A DNA stretch of 64,000 bases from the IMG/VR virus record IMGVR_UViG_3300005611_000001; one strand, written 5' to 3'. Position numbers and translations under genes: made by a program. Each line of letters begins with the position of its first letter. Within the stretch, counting starts at the first letter, position 1. This document shows, in pieces, positions 27,062 through 35,325 of the stretch. The stretch is from a virus. Lineage: Duplodnaviria; Caudoviricetes. The notes under the pieces were generated by a model. The model saw only the letters and a program-made list of their open reading frames with translations, made no database searches and was not told where the DNA came from.

Positions 27062-27369
27062 TGCTCTATCACACCAACACCACCAGTTATGACTACAGCG
27101 GGCGTAAGCGTAAGAAGCGTAAAGCAAAGGGCGAAGTGTACGAGAAGTTCACACCGTCGTTTCGCCCTCTCACCAAGCCGCTGTACAGTTATCGTAGCAA
27201 TCGCGACCAGTATCAGTCGTTTGATAGTGGCAAAATGAATGTTGAAAAGAAAGAGAATACCAAGTATACTGGTACTCTAGTCAAGGGCATTTCGACTCTT
27301 CACAAGTCTAATGCTGTGCCCATCATTGATGAGCGAGAAGCAAAAGAACATGCAAGCATGCGGAGATAA
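27061..27369 (+). CDS. Basic hypothetical protein
   Basis: KYTGTLVKGISTLHKSNAVPI; tiled ORF. Confidence 0.65.
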   Translation: MLYHTNTTSYDYSGRKRKKRKAKGEVYEKFTPSFRPLTKPLYSYRSNRDQYQSFDSGKMNVEKKENTKYTGTLVKGISTLHKSNAVPIIDEREAKEHASMRR

Positions 27370-27371
27370 TT

Positions 27372-27617
27372 ATGGCTGAGCGATATCGTCAAGAAATTAC
27401 TGAGTGGGGCTGTGCGAATCACATATATATTACTGAAGGCCGAGTGCTTTTAGGCTATATACCGCGCGGTTCTAATCAAGAGATTCGATTCATGGCTCCC
27501 AAGAAGCAATGGTCTCCCTCTCATCGTAAGTTCCGCGATCTTTCTAAAACTGAAGTGAGACAGATTAAGGATACTTTCGATGTACGAATACAGGAGCAAA
27601 CTTTTAAAAGTAATTGA
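27372..27617 (+). CDS. Hypothetical protein
   Basis: Tiled ORF, SD GGAG. Confidence 0.55.
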   Translation: MAERYRQEITEWGCANHIYITEGRVLLGYIPRGSNQEIRFMAPKKQWSPSHRKFRDLSKTEVRQIKDTFDVRIQEQTFKSN

Positions 27618-28065
27618 CGGTGACACCGTTGATGTGGATATCGAACTAGGCTTTGGCATTGTTCTAGCCAATGAGCGCGTTCGAATCATGGGGATTGACA
27701 CACCCGAGTCTAGAACATCTGACAAGGTAGAGAAGCTGTTTGGGCTTGCTGCAAAGAATCGGCTCAAACAGCTTCTTGGGAAGAATCCCGTTCTCAAGAC
27801 GCAAATTGCTAAAGACGGCGAAGACATGAAGGGTAAGTTCGGGCGAGTGCTTGGTGACTTTGATGTCTATGACGCTAAGAATGACGCCTGGCGCCCAGTC
27901 ACGGATGTCATGATCGAAGAGGGTCACTGCGTACCTTACTTTGGCGGTAGCAAAGAAGAGGTTCAAGCGAAGCACATGGTGAATCGTGAGAAACTGCTCC
28001 GCGAAGGCGTGGTTGACCGTGCTGAGTACGACAAGGCTGTCGCTCTTCTGGAAAAGCGTAAGTGA
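27580..28065 (+). CDS. Thermonuclease (SNase-like)
   Basis: KVIDGDTVDV, RVRIMGIDTPE, GKFGRVLG. Confidence 0.88.
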   Translation: MYEYRSKLLKVIDGDTVDVDIELGFGIVLANERVRIMGIDTPESRTSDKVEKLFGLAAKNRLKQLLGKNPVLKTQIAKDGEDMKGKFGRVLGDFDVYDAKNDAWRPVTDVMIEEGHCVPYFGGSKEEVQAKHMVNREKLLREGVVDRAEYDKAVALLEKRK

Positions 28066-28129
28066 TTCAATAAGTTATAAGCTTATAACAAAATATTCTA
28101 AAAACGTTCTATTTTTTTCTCAAAACATC

Positions 28130-28180
28130 TTGTGGTCCTCTCTCGGCTGTGATACCATTGTATTGTAGCTGAGAGAGGAC
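28130..28180 (+). promoter_or_regulatory. Early promoter inside a 14-bp inverted repeat
   Basis: TTGTGG-17-TACCAT; arms 28135-48 and 28167-80. Confidence 0.5.
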
Positions 28181-28185
28181 ACTAC

Positions 28186-28788
28186 ATGAAAGACCATGTA
28201 CTTTACTCCAACTATCTAGTTCGCCATCGCCTCAAGCAAAACAGAGGTTCTCTCGGGCAACGCGATAGTGAAATGACCAAGACCTATCGTGCCGAGTGGG
28301 TTGCTCAAGCCGACATGCGTATGATGGATCTCTATCCCACCTTTTCTGATATCAAAGAAGCGCAGCGCTTCACGAAGAAAGTCTGTCGGTCCAAGACCTG
28401 GGCTAAACTCTACGAAGAGAATCGTGCTTCCAAGCCTACGAGTGAACTGCCCGTGCGTCTCAAGATGACGGGGCACGGTCGTAAGACTGCAGGCTTCACC
28501 AACGGGCGCCGTATTGTGCTTGACCCTCACTCTGGTATGAATGTCTATGTGCTGCTGCACGAGATGACTCACTGCCTTGGGCATATGCACCATGGTCGGT
28601 CGTTCCGCCGTGACCTGCTGAAGCTGGTGAGTCGCTTCATGGGTCGCCCTCAAGCGAATGCTCTGAAGAATGCATTCAAGGCACACAAGCTGCCCTGCGG
28701 CGATGCTCGCAAGCCTCTGACCTTCGAACAGTGGAAAGCGGCTCGTGATCGCATGGTAAATGCTCGCAAAAAAATGCTTGACTGTTAG
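28186..28788 (+). CDS. HExxH metallopeptidase-like (SprT-like) protein
   Basis: VLLHEMTHCLGHMHHGRSF. Confidence 0.6.
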   Translation: MKDHVLYSNYLVRHRLKQNRGSLGQRDSEMTKTYRAEWVAQADMRMMDLYPTFSDIKEAQRFTKKVCRSKTWAKLYEENRASKPTSELPVRLKMTGHGRKTAGFTNGRRIVLDPHSGMNVYVLLHEMTHCLGHMHHGRSFRRDLLKLVSRFMGRPQANALKNAFKAHKLPCGDARKPLTFEQWKAARDRMVNARKKMLDC

Positions 28789-28806
28789 ATTAAAATAGAT
28801 TAAGCT
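28778..28806 (+). promoter_or_regulatory. Sigma70-like promoter
   Basis: TTGACT-17-TAAGCT. Confidence 0.5.
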
Positions 28807-28894
28807 TTACTCGTAACGTTGTGTTACACCTAATCGAGGCGTTGATGCCTCACAACCAAGAGTCGTAGATGACTCACACTAAGGAGAAGTAACT

Positions 28895-30301
28895 ATGATT
28901 TTCAATACCGAAAAGAAGTACACCTACTCGTCCCTCCCTGGCGCTGAGCGTTCCGTCACTATCCGTGACTTTCTGTTCAACTATCTGCCTACCATTAATT
29001 GCATTCCCGAAGGTCAGCGCCTTGAGACTGAACCCAATATGATTGGTATCAGCCAGCCTTCGAAGGCGCAGGGCATCATCCAGTCTCTGTTTATGGGCAT
29101 GGATCTTGGTACTATCGTTCTTTGTCAGTCTCAGGACGGTAAATGGTCTTTTGATTCCGTAGACGGCGGTCACCGCAAGCGAGCCATCAAGGCGTTCATC
29201 AACAACGAATTTCCCATGTTCAGCGACGGTCGCTACTTCCGAGACCTGACTGAGGAAGAGCGAGCCCGTTTCCTTTCGTCCGAGCTAACCGTGATCGTCT
29301 ATGAAGGACTGACTCCCGAAGATATCGCCTTTATCTTCCAGTCCTTGAACAAGACTACTGACGTTAATCACATGGAGATGCTCAACTCATACAACGTGAT
29401 TCCCGTTGCAAAGATCATTCGCGAAACAGCGCGAGTAGTCTACGGCGTGAATAACGACTGCCATCCTCTCTTTGGAAATTACGAAAAGAATGGCACAGTC
29501 AAGTATGATTATCTCAACTTCGATAACGCTCGGTTGAAGATTGACAAGAAAGTGGCTCGTATCTTCTATCGCTACTATAATGGCGGCGGCCTTGGTCCGT
29601 GCGCTGAAGAAAATCTTGAAGAAATGTACAATGCATATCCTGACCTTCAGACTATGCTCAATCTGAAAAAGAAAGTAAACAAGTGTCTGTCTTTCATTCG
29701 CGATATGGCTGAGGTAGTCAACAAGACCTTGAGGCGTGGGCTGACAGAGAAAGAGTTTCGTATCTTCGAACGGCTCTACATGTTCATGGAAACTGAGTTT
29801 GGCGATTTTAAGATCAATGATAAGACTGAGTTCGGTAAAGCAGTCATTTCCGCTTACCTGCCGTTCTTCAAGATGCCGTACGATTCACAGATTCCAGCGC
29901 TTCTTAAGAAGAGCCCGTTCGACAGCACGAAGACCATCGGCAAGCAGTTTAATGATGCTCTGAACGTATACGACACTCTAGAACACGTTGAGTTTCCGAT
30001 TGTCGAATTGATCAAGCGTCCAGAACTGAAGATTGAGCAACTGATCACGATCAAAGACAAGAATCGCTTGTTCAGCCGTACTGATCGTGAAGCCAAGCTT
30101 GCTGAGCAGGGATTTGTCTGCGCCATCGATGGCAAGCCGCTGTCTTTCGAAGAAGCTGAAGCTGCACACATCATCGCACACAGCGTTGGCGGCCGTACCG
30201 TCTACAAGAACCTTGCGATGGTGCGAGCCAAGTACAATAAGATGATGGGCTCTATGTCAGTAGACGATTTTAAGAAAGTGTATATGCCTGTAGCTGCTTA
30301 G
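28895..30301 (+). CDS. DUF262 (ParB-like) + C-terminal HNH protein, GmrSD-like architecture
   Basis: SVDGGHRKRAI, IFQSLNK; AAHIIAHSVGGRTVYKNL...KYNKMMG. Confidence 0.7.
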   Translation: MIFNTEKKYTYSSLPGAERSVTIRDFLFNYLPTINCIPEGQRLETEPNMIGISQPSKAQGIIQSLFMGMDLGTIVLCQSQDGKWSFDSVDGGHRKRAIKAFINNEFPMFSDGRYFRDLTEEERARFLSSELTVIVYEGLTPEDIAFIFQSLNKTTDVNHMEMLNSYNVIPVAKIIRETARVVYGVNNDCHPLFGNYEKNGTVKYDYLNFDNARLKIDKKVARIFYRYYNGGGLGPCAEENLEEMYNAYPDLQTMLNLKKKVNKCLSFIRDMAEVVNKTLRRGLTEKEFRIFERLYMFMETEFGDFKINDKTEFGKAVISAYLPFFKMPYDSQIPALLKKSPFDSTKTIGKQFNDALNVYDTLEHVEFPIVELIKRPELKIEQLITIKDKNRLFSRTDREAKLAEQGFVCAIDGKPLSFEEAEAAHIIAHSVGGRTVYKNLAMVRAKYNKMMGSMSVDDFKKVYMPVAA

Positions 30302-30324
30302 AACAAAATGTTCTGAAAAAGTTC

Positions 30325-30387
30325 TTGTATTTTGTTTCGAAATCGTTTATTCTGGTACTTGTCAGGTGGGGAGAAGCGCTCCCCACC
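30325..30387 (+). promoter_or_regulatory. Early promoter and 5' leader hairpin
   Basis: TTGTAT-17-TATTCT; 9-bp hairpin 30365-73/30379-87. Confidence 0.55.
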
Positions 30388-30409
30388 ACTTCAAACTCGG
30401 AGATATATC

Positions 30410-31357
30410 ATGGCACATATGGTTGAAACGATGGCTTACGCAGGTGAGCTTCCCTGGCACGGTCTCGGTACGAAAGTGCCCGCTGACCTCACCCCTCGTC
30501 AGATGATGGACAAAGCTGGTGTTGACTGGCGCGTCAATCTGGTACCCACTTACGCTGATGTGAACGGGTCGAAAGTTTCGACTGGTCAGAAGGCTCTCGT
30601 GCGCGAGACTGACAATCGTGTACTGACCAACGTCGGTGGCAACTGGAACCCCGTGCAGAACGAAGAAGCGTTTGACTTCTTCACTGAGTACTGCCTTGCA
30701 GGTGATATGGAAATGCACACTGCTGGCTCTCTTGCTGACGGCAAGATCGTCTGGGCTCTCGCTAAAGTGAACGAGTCGTTTGATGTGCTTGGCGAAGACC
30801 GTGTAGACTCTTACCTGCTCTTCTCTAACCCGCACCAGTACGGCAAGTCGCTGAACGTGCGCTTCACGCCCATCCGTGTGGTGTGCAACAACACGCTGAC
30901 TCTCTCGCTGAGCCAGAGCGCTAAGAACGAGGTGACGCTGAATCACCGTCGGGCGTTCGATCCTCAGATGGTCAAAGATCAGCTTGGCATCGCCCACGAG
31001 AAGTTCGCTATGTACCGCGAAATGGCTCGGTTCCTGTCTAAGAAGCGCGCCAAGAATGGTGATGTGATTGCGTACTTCAACAATGTCTTCCCGCTGGCGA
31101 ACAGCAAGACCGAGGTGCGTGACTACGCTGACCTCTCTCGCACCGCTAAGCAAGCGTATGATGTGCTTGAGACGCAGCCTGGCGCTGACATGGCGATGGG
31201 CACGTGGTGGAACGCAGTGAACGCTGTGACCTACCTGACCGATCACCAGCTGGGTCGCTCTGCTGACACTCGGATGCAGTCTGCATGGTTCGGTGCGAAC
31301 CAAGCGAAGAAAGTCCGTGCAATGAACCTTGCTGTGGAGATGGCCGAAGCCGCGTAA
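30410..31357 (+). CDS. DUF932 family protein
   Basis: AYAGELPWHGLG, VQNEEAFDFF, AGSLADG, PIRVVCNNTL, WNAVNAVT; start set at ATG 30410. Confidence 0.85.
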   Translation: MAHMVETMAYAGELPWHGLGTKVPADLTPRQMMDKAGVDWRVNLVPTYADVNGSKVSTGQKALVRETDNRVLTNVGGNWNPVQNEEAFDFFTEYCLAGDMEMHTAGSLADGKIVWALAKVNESFDVLGEDRVDSYLLFSNPHQYGKSLNVRFTPIRVVCNNTLTLSLSQSAKNEVTLNHRRAFDPQMVKDQLGIAHEKFAMYREMARFLSKKRAKNGDVIAYFNNVFPLANSKTEVRDYADLSRTAKQAYDVLETQPGADMAMGTWWNAVNAVTYLTDHQLGRSADTRMQSAWFGANQAKKVRAMNLAVEMAEAA

Positions 31358-31365
31358 GCGGCTTC
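31346..31365 (+). other. GC-rich hairpin over DUF932 stop (stabiliser or weak terminator)
   Basis: GAAGCCGC-GTAA-GCGGCTTC; no U-tract. Confidence 0.45.
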
Positions 31366-31375
31366 ACCTCTTATA

Positions 31376-31447
31376 AATCAACCACTTAGCCGAGCCGACA
31401 GCCGGTAGTTTTTAGGGGTTGACAGTAGTGCTGGATCGTGGTATTAT
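31376..31447 (+). promoter_or_regulatory. Early promoter with IHF-consensus site and 21-bp repeat
   Basis: AATCAACCACTTA; AGCCGACAGCCGGTAGTTTTT (also at 35803); TTGACA-17-TATTAT. Confidence 0.65.
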
Positions 31448-31478
31448 ACGCTTGTCAACTGAGAAGAGAGATAGAAAT

Positions 31479-31847
31479 ATGGCTTATGTTACGCAAGAAG
31501 AGAAGAAAGAAATCGCTCCGGTCGTCAAAAGCATCCTCGCTGAGTACGGTCTCAAGGGTACGCTTGGCATCAACAACCACAGCACTCTTGTTCTCAAGAT
31601 CAAGAACGCTGTTGCGATGTTCGCCCCTTACTTCCGCGATGACTTCGACCGTAAGTGGGGTCTTGATGTCAATGAGTACTGGATTGACCGTGACTACGCT
31701 GACAATCCGACCATTGTCGAAATGCTGACCCGTGTGGCTGACGCCATGAAGGGCAAGAACTACTTCAACAACGATGATTTCATGACCGACTACTTCCATC
31801 GTAAGCACTACATCGACATCAAAGTTCTTGGTGAAGAGGGCAAGTAA
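31479..31847 (+). CDS. Hypothetical early protein
   Basis: ATG 31479 after promoter and AG-rich SD. Confidence 0.7.
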   Translation: MAYVTQEEKKEIAPVVKSILAEYGLKGTLGINNHSTLVLKIKNAVAMFAPYFRDDFDRKWGLDVNEYWIDRDYADNPTIVEMLTRVADAMKGKNYFNNDDFMTDYFHRKHYIDIKVLGEEGK

Positions 31848-31872
31848 AAGATAGACCTCAAAGCAGTACCTT

Positions 31873-31914
31873 TATAAATACCCATACATTAGTCATTCTT
31901 TTGTATGGGTATTT
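31873..31914 (+). promoter_or_regulatory. Late promoter overlapping a 13-bp RBS-occluding hairpin
   Basis: TATAAATA 31873-80; AAATACCCATACA/TGTATGGGTATTT. Confidence 0.7.
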
Positions 31915-31917
31915 GCT

Positions 31918-32466
31918 ATGCGTAAAATATTATTCTTTGCTTTGTTTGCACTGAGCTATGCTGCTCAAGCTGCTGAAGTGGGTCCGATCATCACTGAAGC
32001 AACCACTAACAGTACCGTCACCACGCAGTCTGATACGACGACCACTCTAAAGTCGCCGCCAGCGTCTGCCATTTCGCCTACCATCAACACTTCGAACTCT
32101 GATCTATGTACCTTCGGAGTTGCTGGCGCGATTCAGACGCAGATTCTCGGCATCTCAACGGGTACTCAGGTGACGGACGAGAACTGCGAGCGCCTGAAGC
32201 TAGCCAAGACGCTCTATGACATGGGTATGAAGGTGGCTGCAGTGTCCACCATGTGTCAAGACAAGCGCGTCTTTGACGCAATGATGAGCGCTGGTACGCC
32301 GTGCCCATACGATGGAATGATCGGCGAAGACGCTAAGGCTGCATGGGCTGTGAACGAAGACCAGCAACCAAATGCTAAGAAGCAACAGGAGGGGATCAGC
32401 GATGGGTCTAAGACGCTGCTGGGCGGCGCTGGCGTTGCTAGCCTGCTCTTCTTACTGCTACTCTGA
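31918..32466 (+). CDS. Exported protein with Cys-bracketed beta-hairpin and hydrophobic C-tail
   Basis: Signal peptide ..YAAQA; DLC-TFGVAGAIQTQILGISTGTQVT-DENC; tail LLGGAGVASLLFLLLL. Confidence 0.7.
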   Translation: MRKILFFALFALSYAAQAAEVGPIITEATTNSTVTTQSDTTTTLKSPPASAISPTINTSNSDLCTFGVAGAIQTQILGISTGTQVTDENCERLKLAKTLYDMGMKVAAVSTMCQDKRVFDAMMSAGTPCPYDGMIGEDAKAAWAVNEDQQPNAKKQQEGISDGSKTLLGGAGVASLLFLLLL

Positions 32467-33274
32467 AGAAGTCTTTGGTACGACTCAGAACGCAGCCTCG
32501 ACCGGGCTAAACTGGGTCATGACTGAGGTTCTACCGCAGCAAGCTGGCTTGACAGTCAATAGTGTCATCTATCGTTACACCAGTGTCAAGCAGACTGAAG
32601 ATGATATGCTGGTCCATGTGCAGAATCAGAACGCAGAAGCACCTGGATTCATCTTCCGAGAGACTGACGACTGGTCTGGTCTGCCTGGTAACACGATCAA
32701 CAAAGCAATCCCGGTTGCAAACATACCCATACAGTTATGGGGCGACGGGTCGATTGAAGTAGAAGGGAAGGGTGAAGTGACGAATGCTTCGGTGCTGTAT
32801 AGCTTTCAGTTCGACCCATGCTTCGATCCTCAGAGCAATCCGTCATGCCCTGGCTATGTCGATCCGTTTGAAATGCTAATGAGTGAGATCAGTGTGAAAG
32901 ATCCTCTCGACGATGATCTTCTGCAAGCAGAGTTAAGACGCAAATCGAATCTTGATGCACAAGAAGAAGATGAGGAAGAGCGCCAGCGCCGTAGAATGAA
33001 ATCAGATGATAAGGGAGACGACGACCGTCTTGAGGCTATCATGGGCATCGTCAACACTTCGCTACTCGCAACAGAAGCAGCAGCGAAGCATGCTGAGCTT
33101 GCAGCACTAAATAGCATACCACAAACCTATTTTGCGGTGATCCCAGATACTAAATACGAAGAGACAGTTGTATTAAAAGACGGGAGGTTGCCGGAAAATA
33201 AAAGAGCAAGACGGGTCGGATTTGCACAACAATTGCTTCATGAAAAAATGGTGTCTTCTCAGTATGAAAAATAG
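32402..33274 (+). CDS. Exported protein, beta-rich N-domain (adhesin-like)
   Basis: SD GGAGG before ATG 32402; signal peptide; CFDPQSNPSC; charged linker. Confidence 0.6.
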   Translation: MGLRRCWAALALLACSSYCYSEEVFGTTQNAASTGLNWVMTEVLPQQAGLTVNSVIYRYTSVKQTEDDMLVHVQNQNAEAPGFIFRETDDWSGLPGNTINKAIPVANIPIQLWGDGSIEVEGKGEVTNASVLYSFQFDPCFDPQSNPSCPGYVDPFEMLMSEISVKDPLDDDLLQAELRRKSNLDAQEEDEEERQRRRMKSDDKGDDDRLEAIMGIVNTSLLATEAAAKHAELAALNSIPQTYFAVIPDTKYEETVVLKDGRLPENKRARRVGFAQQLLHEKMVSSQYEK

Positions 33275-33310
33275 TCAAAAAATCGACACCACGATTAAGG
33301 AGAACAAGTA

Positions 33311-33811
33311 ATGTTCAAGAAATCCCTGGCTGTAGCAGCAGCCACACTTATCGGGATGAATGCTATAGCTGAAGATGTGACGATCACAGGGACAGTGGCT
33401 TCGAAGTGTGTAATCACAACAGACACTGTTGGTATTTACGGAAACCCTACTCCTAGTGAGCTTAGCACTGCACCTGCAGACGGTGGCGTTCTGCCCATCG
33501 TTCGCTATGATGTGCTTCAGGCCAACTTCTACAAAGCCCGCATCACTTATCCAGAGTCTTTCTCTGAGAGCCCTGCGCTTGATGATGTTGTGACATGGAC
33601 TGGTGATGTGACGGTTGCAGAAGTCACTGATGCTGGCATGTCCGCATATGACGCAGCAAAGGTTGAGTTTAACAATGTGACCGAAGTTGATCTAACGATT
33701 GCGGGCAGCACATGGTTCCAAGTTGAATCGACTGCAGACTATGGTGTGACAAAAGCATTTCCTGCAGGTACTTATCGCGCGATTGTAAGCGCAGACTGCA
33801 TCGCACTGTAA
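33311..33811 (+). CDS. Exported fimbrial/Csu-pilin-like protein
   Basis: Signal peptide ..NAIA; DVTITGTVASKCVI; C-terminal FPAGTYRAIVSADC. Confidence 0.55.
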   Translation: MFKKSLAVAAATLIGMNAIAEDVTITGTVASKCVITTDTVGIYGNPTPSELSTAPADGGVLPIVRYDVLQANFYKARITYPESFSESPALDDVVTWTGDVTVAEVTDAGMSAYDAAKVEFNNVTEVDLTIAGSTWFQVESTADYGVTKAFPAGTYRAIVSADCIAL

Positions 33812-33814
33812 TCC

Positions 33815-34189
33815 GTGCGCTATATTATGATGGCGGTGGTGATGTCGCTGAGTGGGTACGCGAGTGCCCACCAGTGGCTTCCTACTTACCCTAAGCTTGA
33901 GCCGTCTTATGTTTCGGGTGTGCTTAGAGTAAAGATGGAGCTATTTAATAGTCGAAGTGATGTACGATACTACGAGTTAAATGTTTACGATAAAGACTTT
34001 AGGTCGATAAAATTTGCAACACAAGAACGAATCATTGAAGTTGATCATTTGAAGCGAAAGAATGTTGAAATATACATTCGTGAACAGGACAAAGGCATTG
34101 CGACATATGTCTGTTCTAAATCTAAATTACTGAAGGGTACAGGCGGAGCGACACTCGTCTCTTCGCAGATATGCTCAAAAATAAAATGA
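33815..34189 (+). CDS. Exported Ig-like (PapD chaperone-like) protein
   Basis: GTG start, signal peptide ..YASA; alternating beta-strands KMELFNS..YYELNVYD. Confidence 0.5.
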   Translation: MRYIMMAVVMSLSGYASAHQWLPTYPKLEPSYVSGVLRVKMELFNSRSDVRYYELNVYDKDFRSIKFATQERIIEVDHLKRKNVEIYIREQDKGIATYVCSKSKLLKGTGGATLVSSQICSKIK

Positions 34190-34608
34190 GATTATTATTA
34201 GTTTTGTTATTGGTGATTTGTGGAAATGCATTTGCTCAGAGCAGTTTGAATCTTGCAATTCCACAAAGCCCACAAAGTTTCCAGCAAGACAGAGTTCGCG
34301 CTGGTGATCTTGAATGTTCAGCAGCAATTGGTTCGTCAACAAATGTTGAGTTTGGGGTTGTTGGAATATTAAATCAAAACAACCCATTTCAAAATCAGTT
34401 TGGTATTGATCCCATAACTGGGCAATACTCTGATAGATTTGTAAGGGATGTTGGTGTATATGGTCGAATTAACATACCGATCGGTGCACCTAAAGAGCGA
34501 TTAAATTGTAATTTACTTTATACTTTAGAATTAGAAAGGCGCAAACTTGAAGTGATGAAATTAAGGCAGGAGATCGCACAATTAAGACGACTTCAGTTTG
34601 AGGAATAG
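34186..34608 (+). CDS. Exported protein with amphipathic beta-strands and coiled coil
   Basis: Signal peptide ..NAFA; NVEFGVVG, DVGVYGRINIPIG; two Cys; C-terminal heptads. Confidence 0.6.
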   Translation: MRLLLVLLLVICGNAFAQSSLNLAIPQSPQSFQQDRVRAGDLECSAAIGSSTNVEFGVVGILNQNNPFQNQFGIDPITGQYSDRFVRDVGVYGRINIPIGAPKERLNCNLLYTLELERRKLEVMKLRQEIAQLRRLQFEE

Positions 34609-34610
34609 AA

Positions 34611-35156
34611 ATGTCTGACAAAGATTTAGGCGAGAGTCTAGAAAACTTTGAAGATGAAATAGAGAATTTAAAAAACACTAAGTTTACATTATTTGGTATT
34701 GCAATGACACCTACAACAATAGGTGCTGCATTTGCATTAATTGGTACAATACTTGGTACTCTCTATGGTGGGTTTGAAACATATAAAGCTTTTCAAGAAA
34801 TGGCTGAGAAGTTAGAAGTATTAGATATTGAGGCTGTTGAAGCCCGTAATGTTGCTATTGAAAGAAAACTTGATGATGCTATTGATTATACTCGTGATAT
34901 AAAGAATAGCCTTAAAGATGATATAATTAGAATTGAACAAGTAACAGAACGAACAAGTAATAGAGTTAAAACAGTACAAGATGAAATAGACCAGCGATTA
35001 AGATTATTATCTGATATTAATCGTGAAACAGAAAAAGATGTCCGAGATACTATGCGAGACACCGAGAATCGCATAGAGTCGAAGATGGAGAAGCTGGACA
35101 AAGACCTCCGTGAGACACTGCAAAAGGCTCTTGACAATCCTCTTGCTGACGGCTAG
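34611..35156 (+). CDS. Single-pass membrane coiled-coil protein
   Basis: TM IGAAFALIGTILGTLYGGF then long heptad region. Confidence 0.7.
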   Translation: MSDKDLGESLENFEDEIENLKNTKFTLFGIAMTPTTIGAAFALIGTILGTLYGGFETYKAFQEMAEKLEVLDIEAVEARNVAIERKLDDAIDYTRDIKNSLKDDIIRIEQVTERTSNRVKTVQDEIDQRLRLLSDINRETEKDVRDTMRDTENRIESKMEKLDKDLRETLQKALDNPLADG

Positions 35157-35325
35157 CGCTGGATGCGCTACGACTGACACGCTGGAGCAAGCTAGGAACG
35201 CGCAGGTGCGACACCTGCGCGAAGCCTGTATGAACCGTGCAGTCCAATCTACCCTTCCCTCACCGCTCGTCAGAGCGTCCACAGTGCACCAGTGCCACGC
35301 ATGGGCACGGTCTCAGGTGCAATAA
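35110..35325 (+). CDS. Putative lipoprotein overlapping the upstream gene
   Basis: MRHCKRLLTILLLTASAG|C lipobox; GTG start, weak SD. Confidence 0.45.
   Translation: MRHCKRLLTILLLTASAGCATTDTLEQARNAQVRHLREACMNRAVQSTLPSPLVRASTVHQCHAWARSQVQ

Noticed and set aside
28813-28875. Mini CRISPR array interpretation of periodic hairpins
   Set aside because: Units are only 15-16 nt with differing stems and 7-8 nt spacers; no cas genes
30362-31303. 313-aa minus-strand ORF and many other antisense/overlapping ORFs in the track
   Set aside because: Exact shadows of well-supported + strand genes (here DUF932); no motifs or RBS
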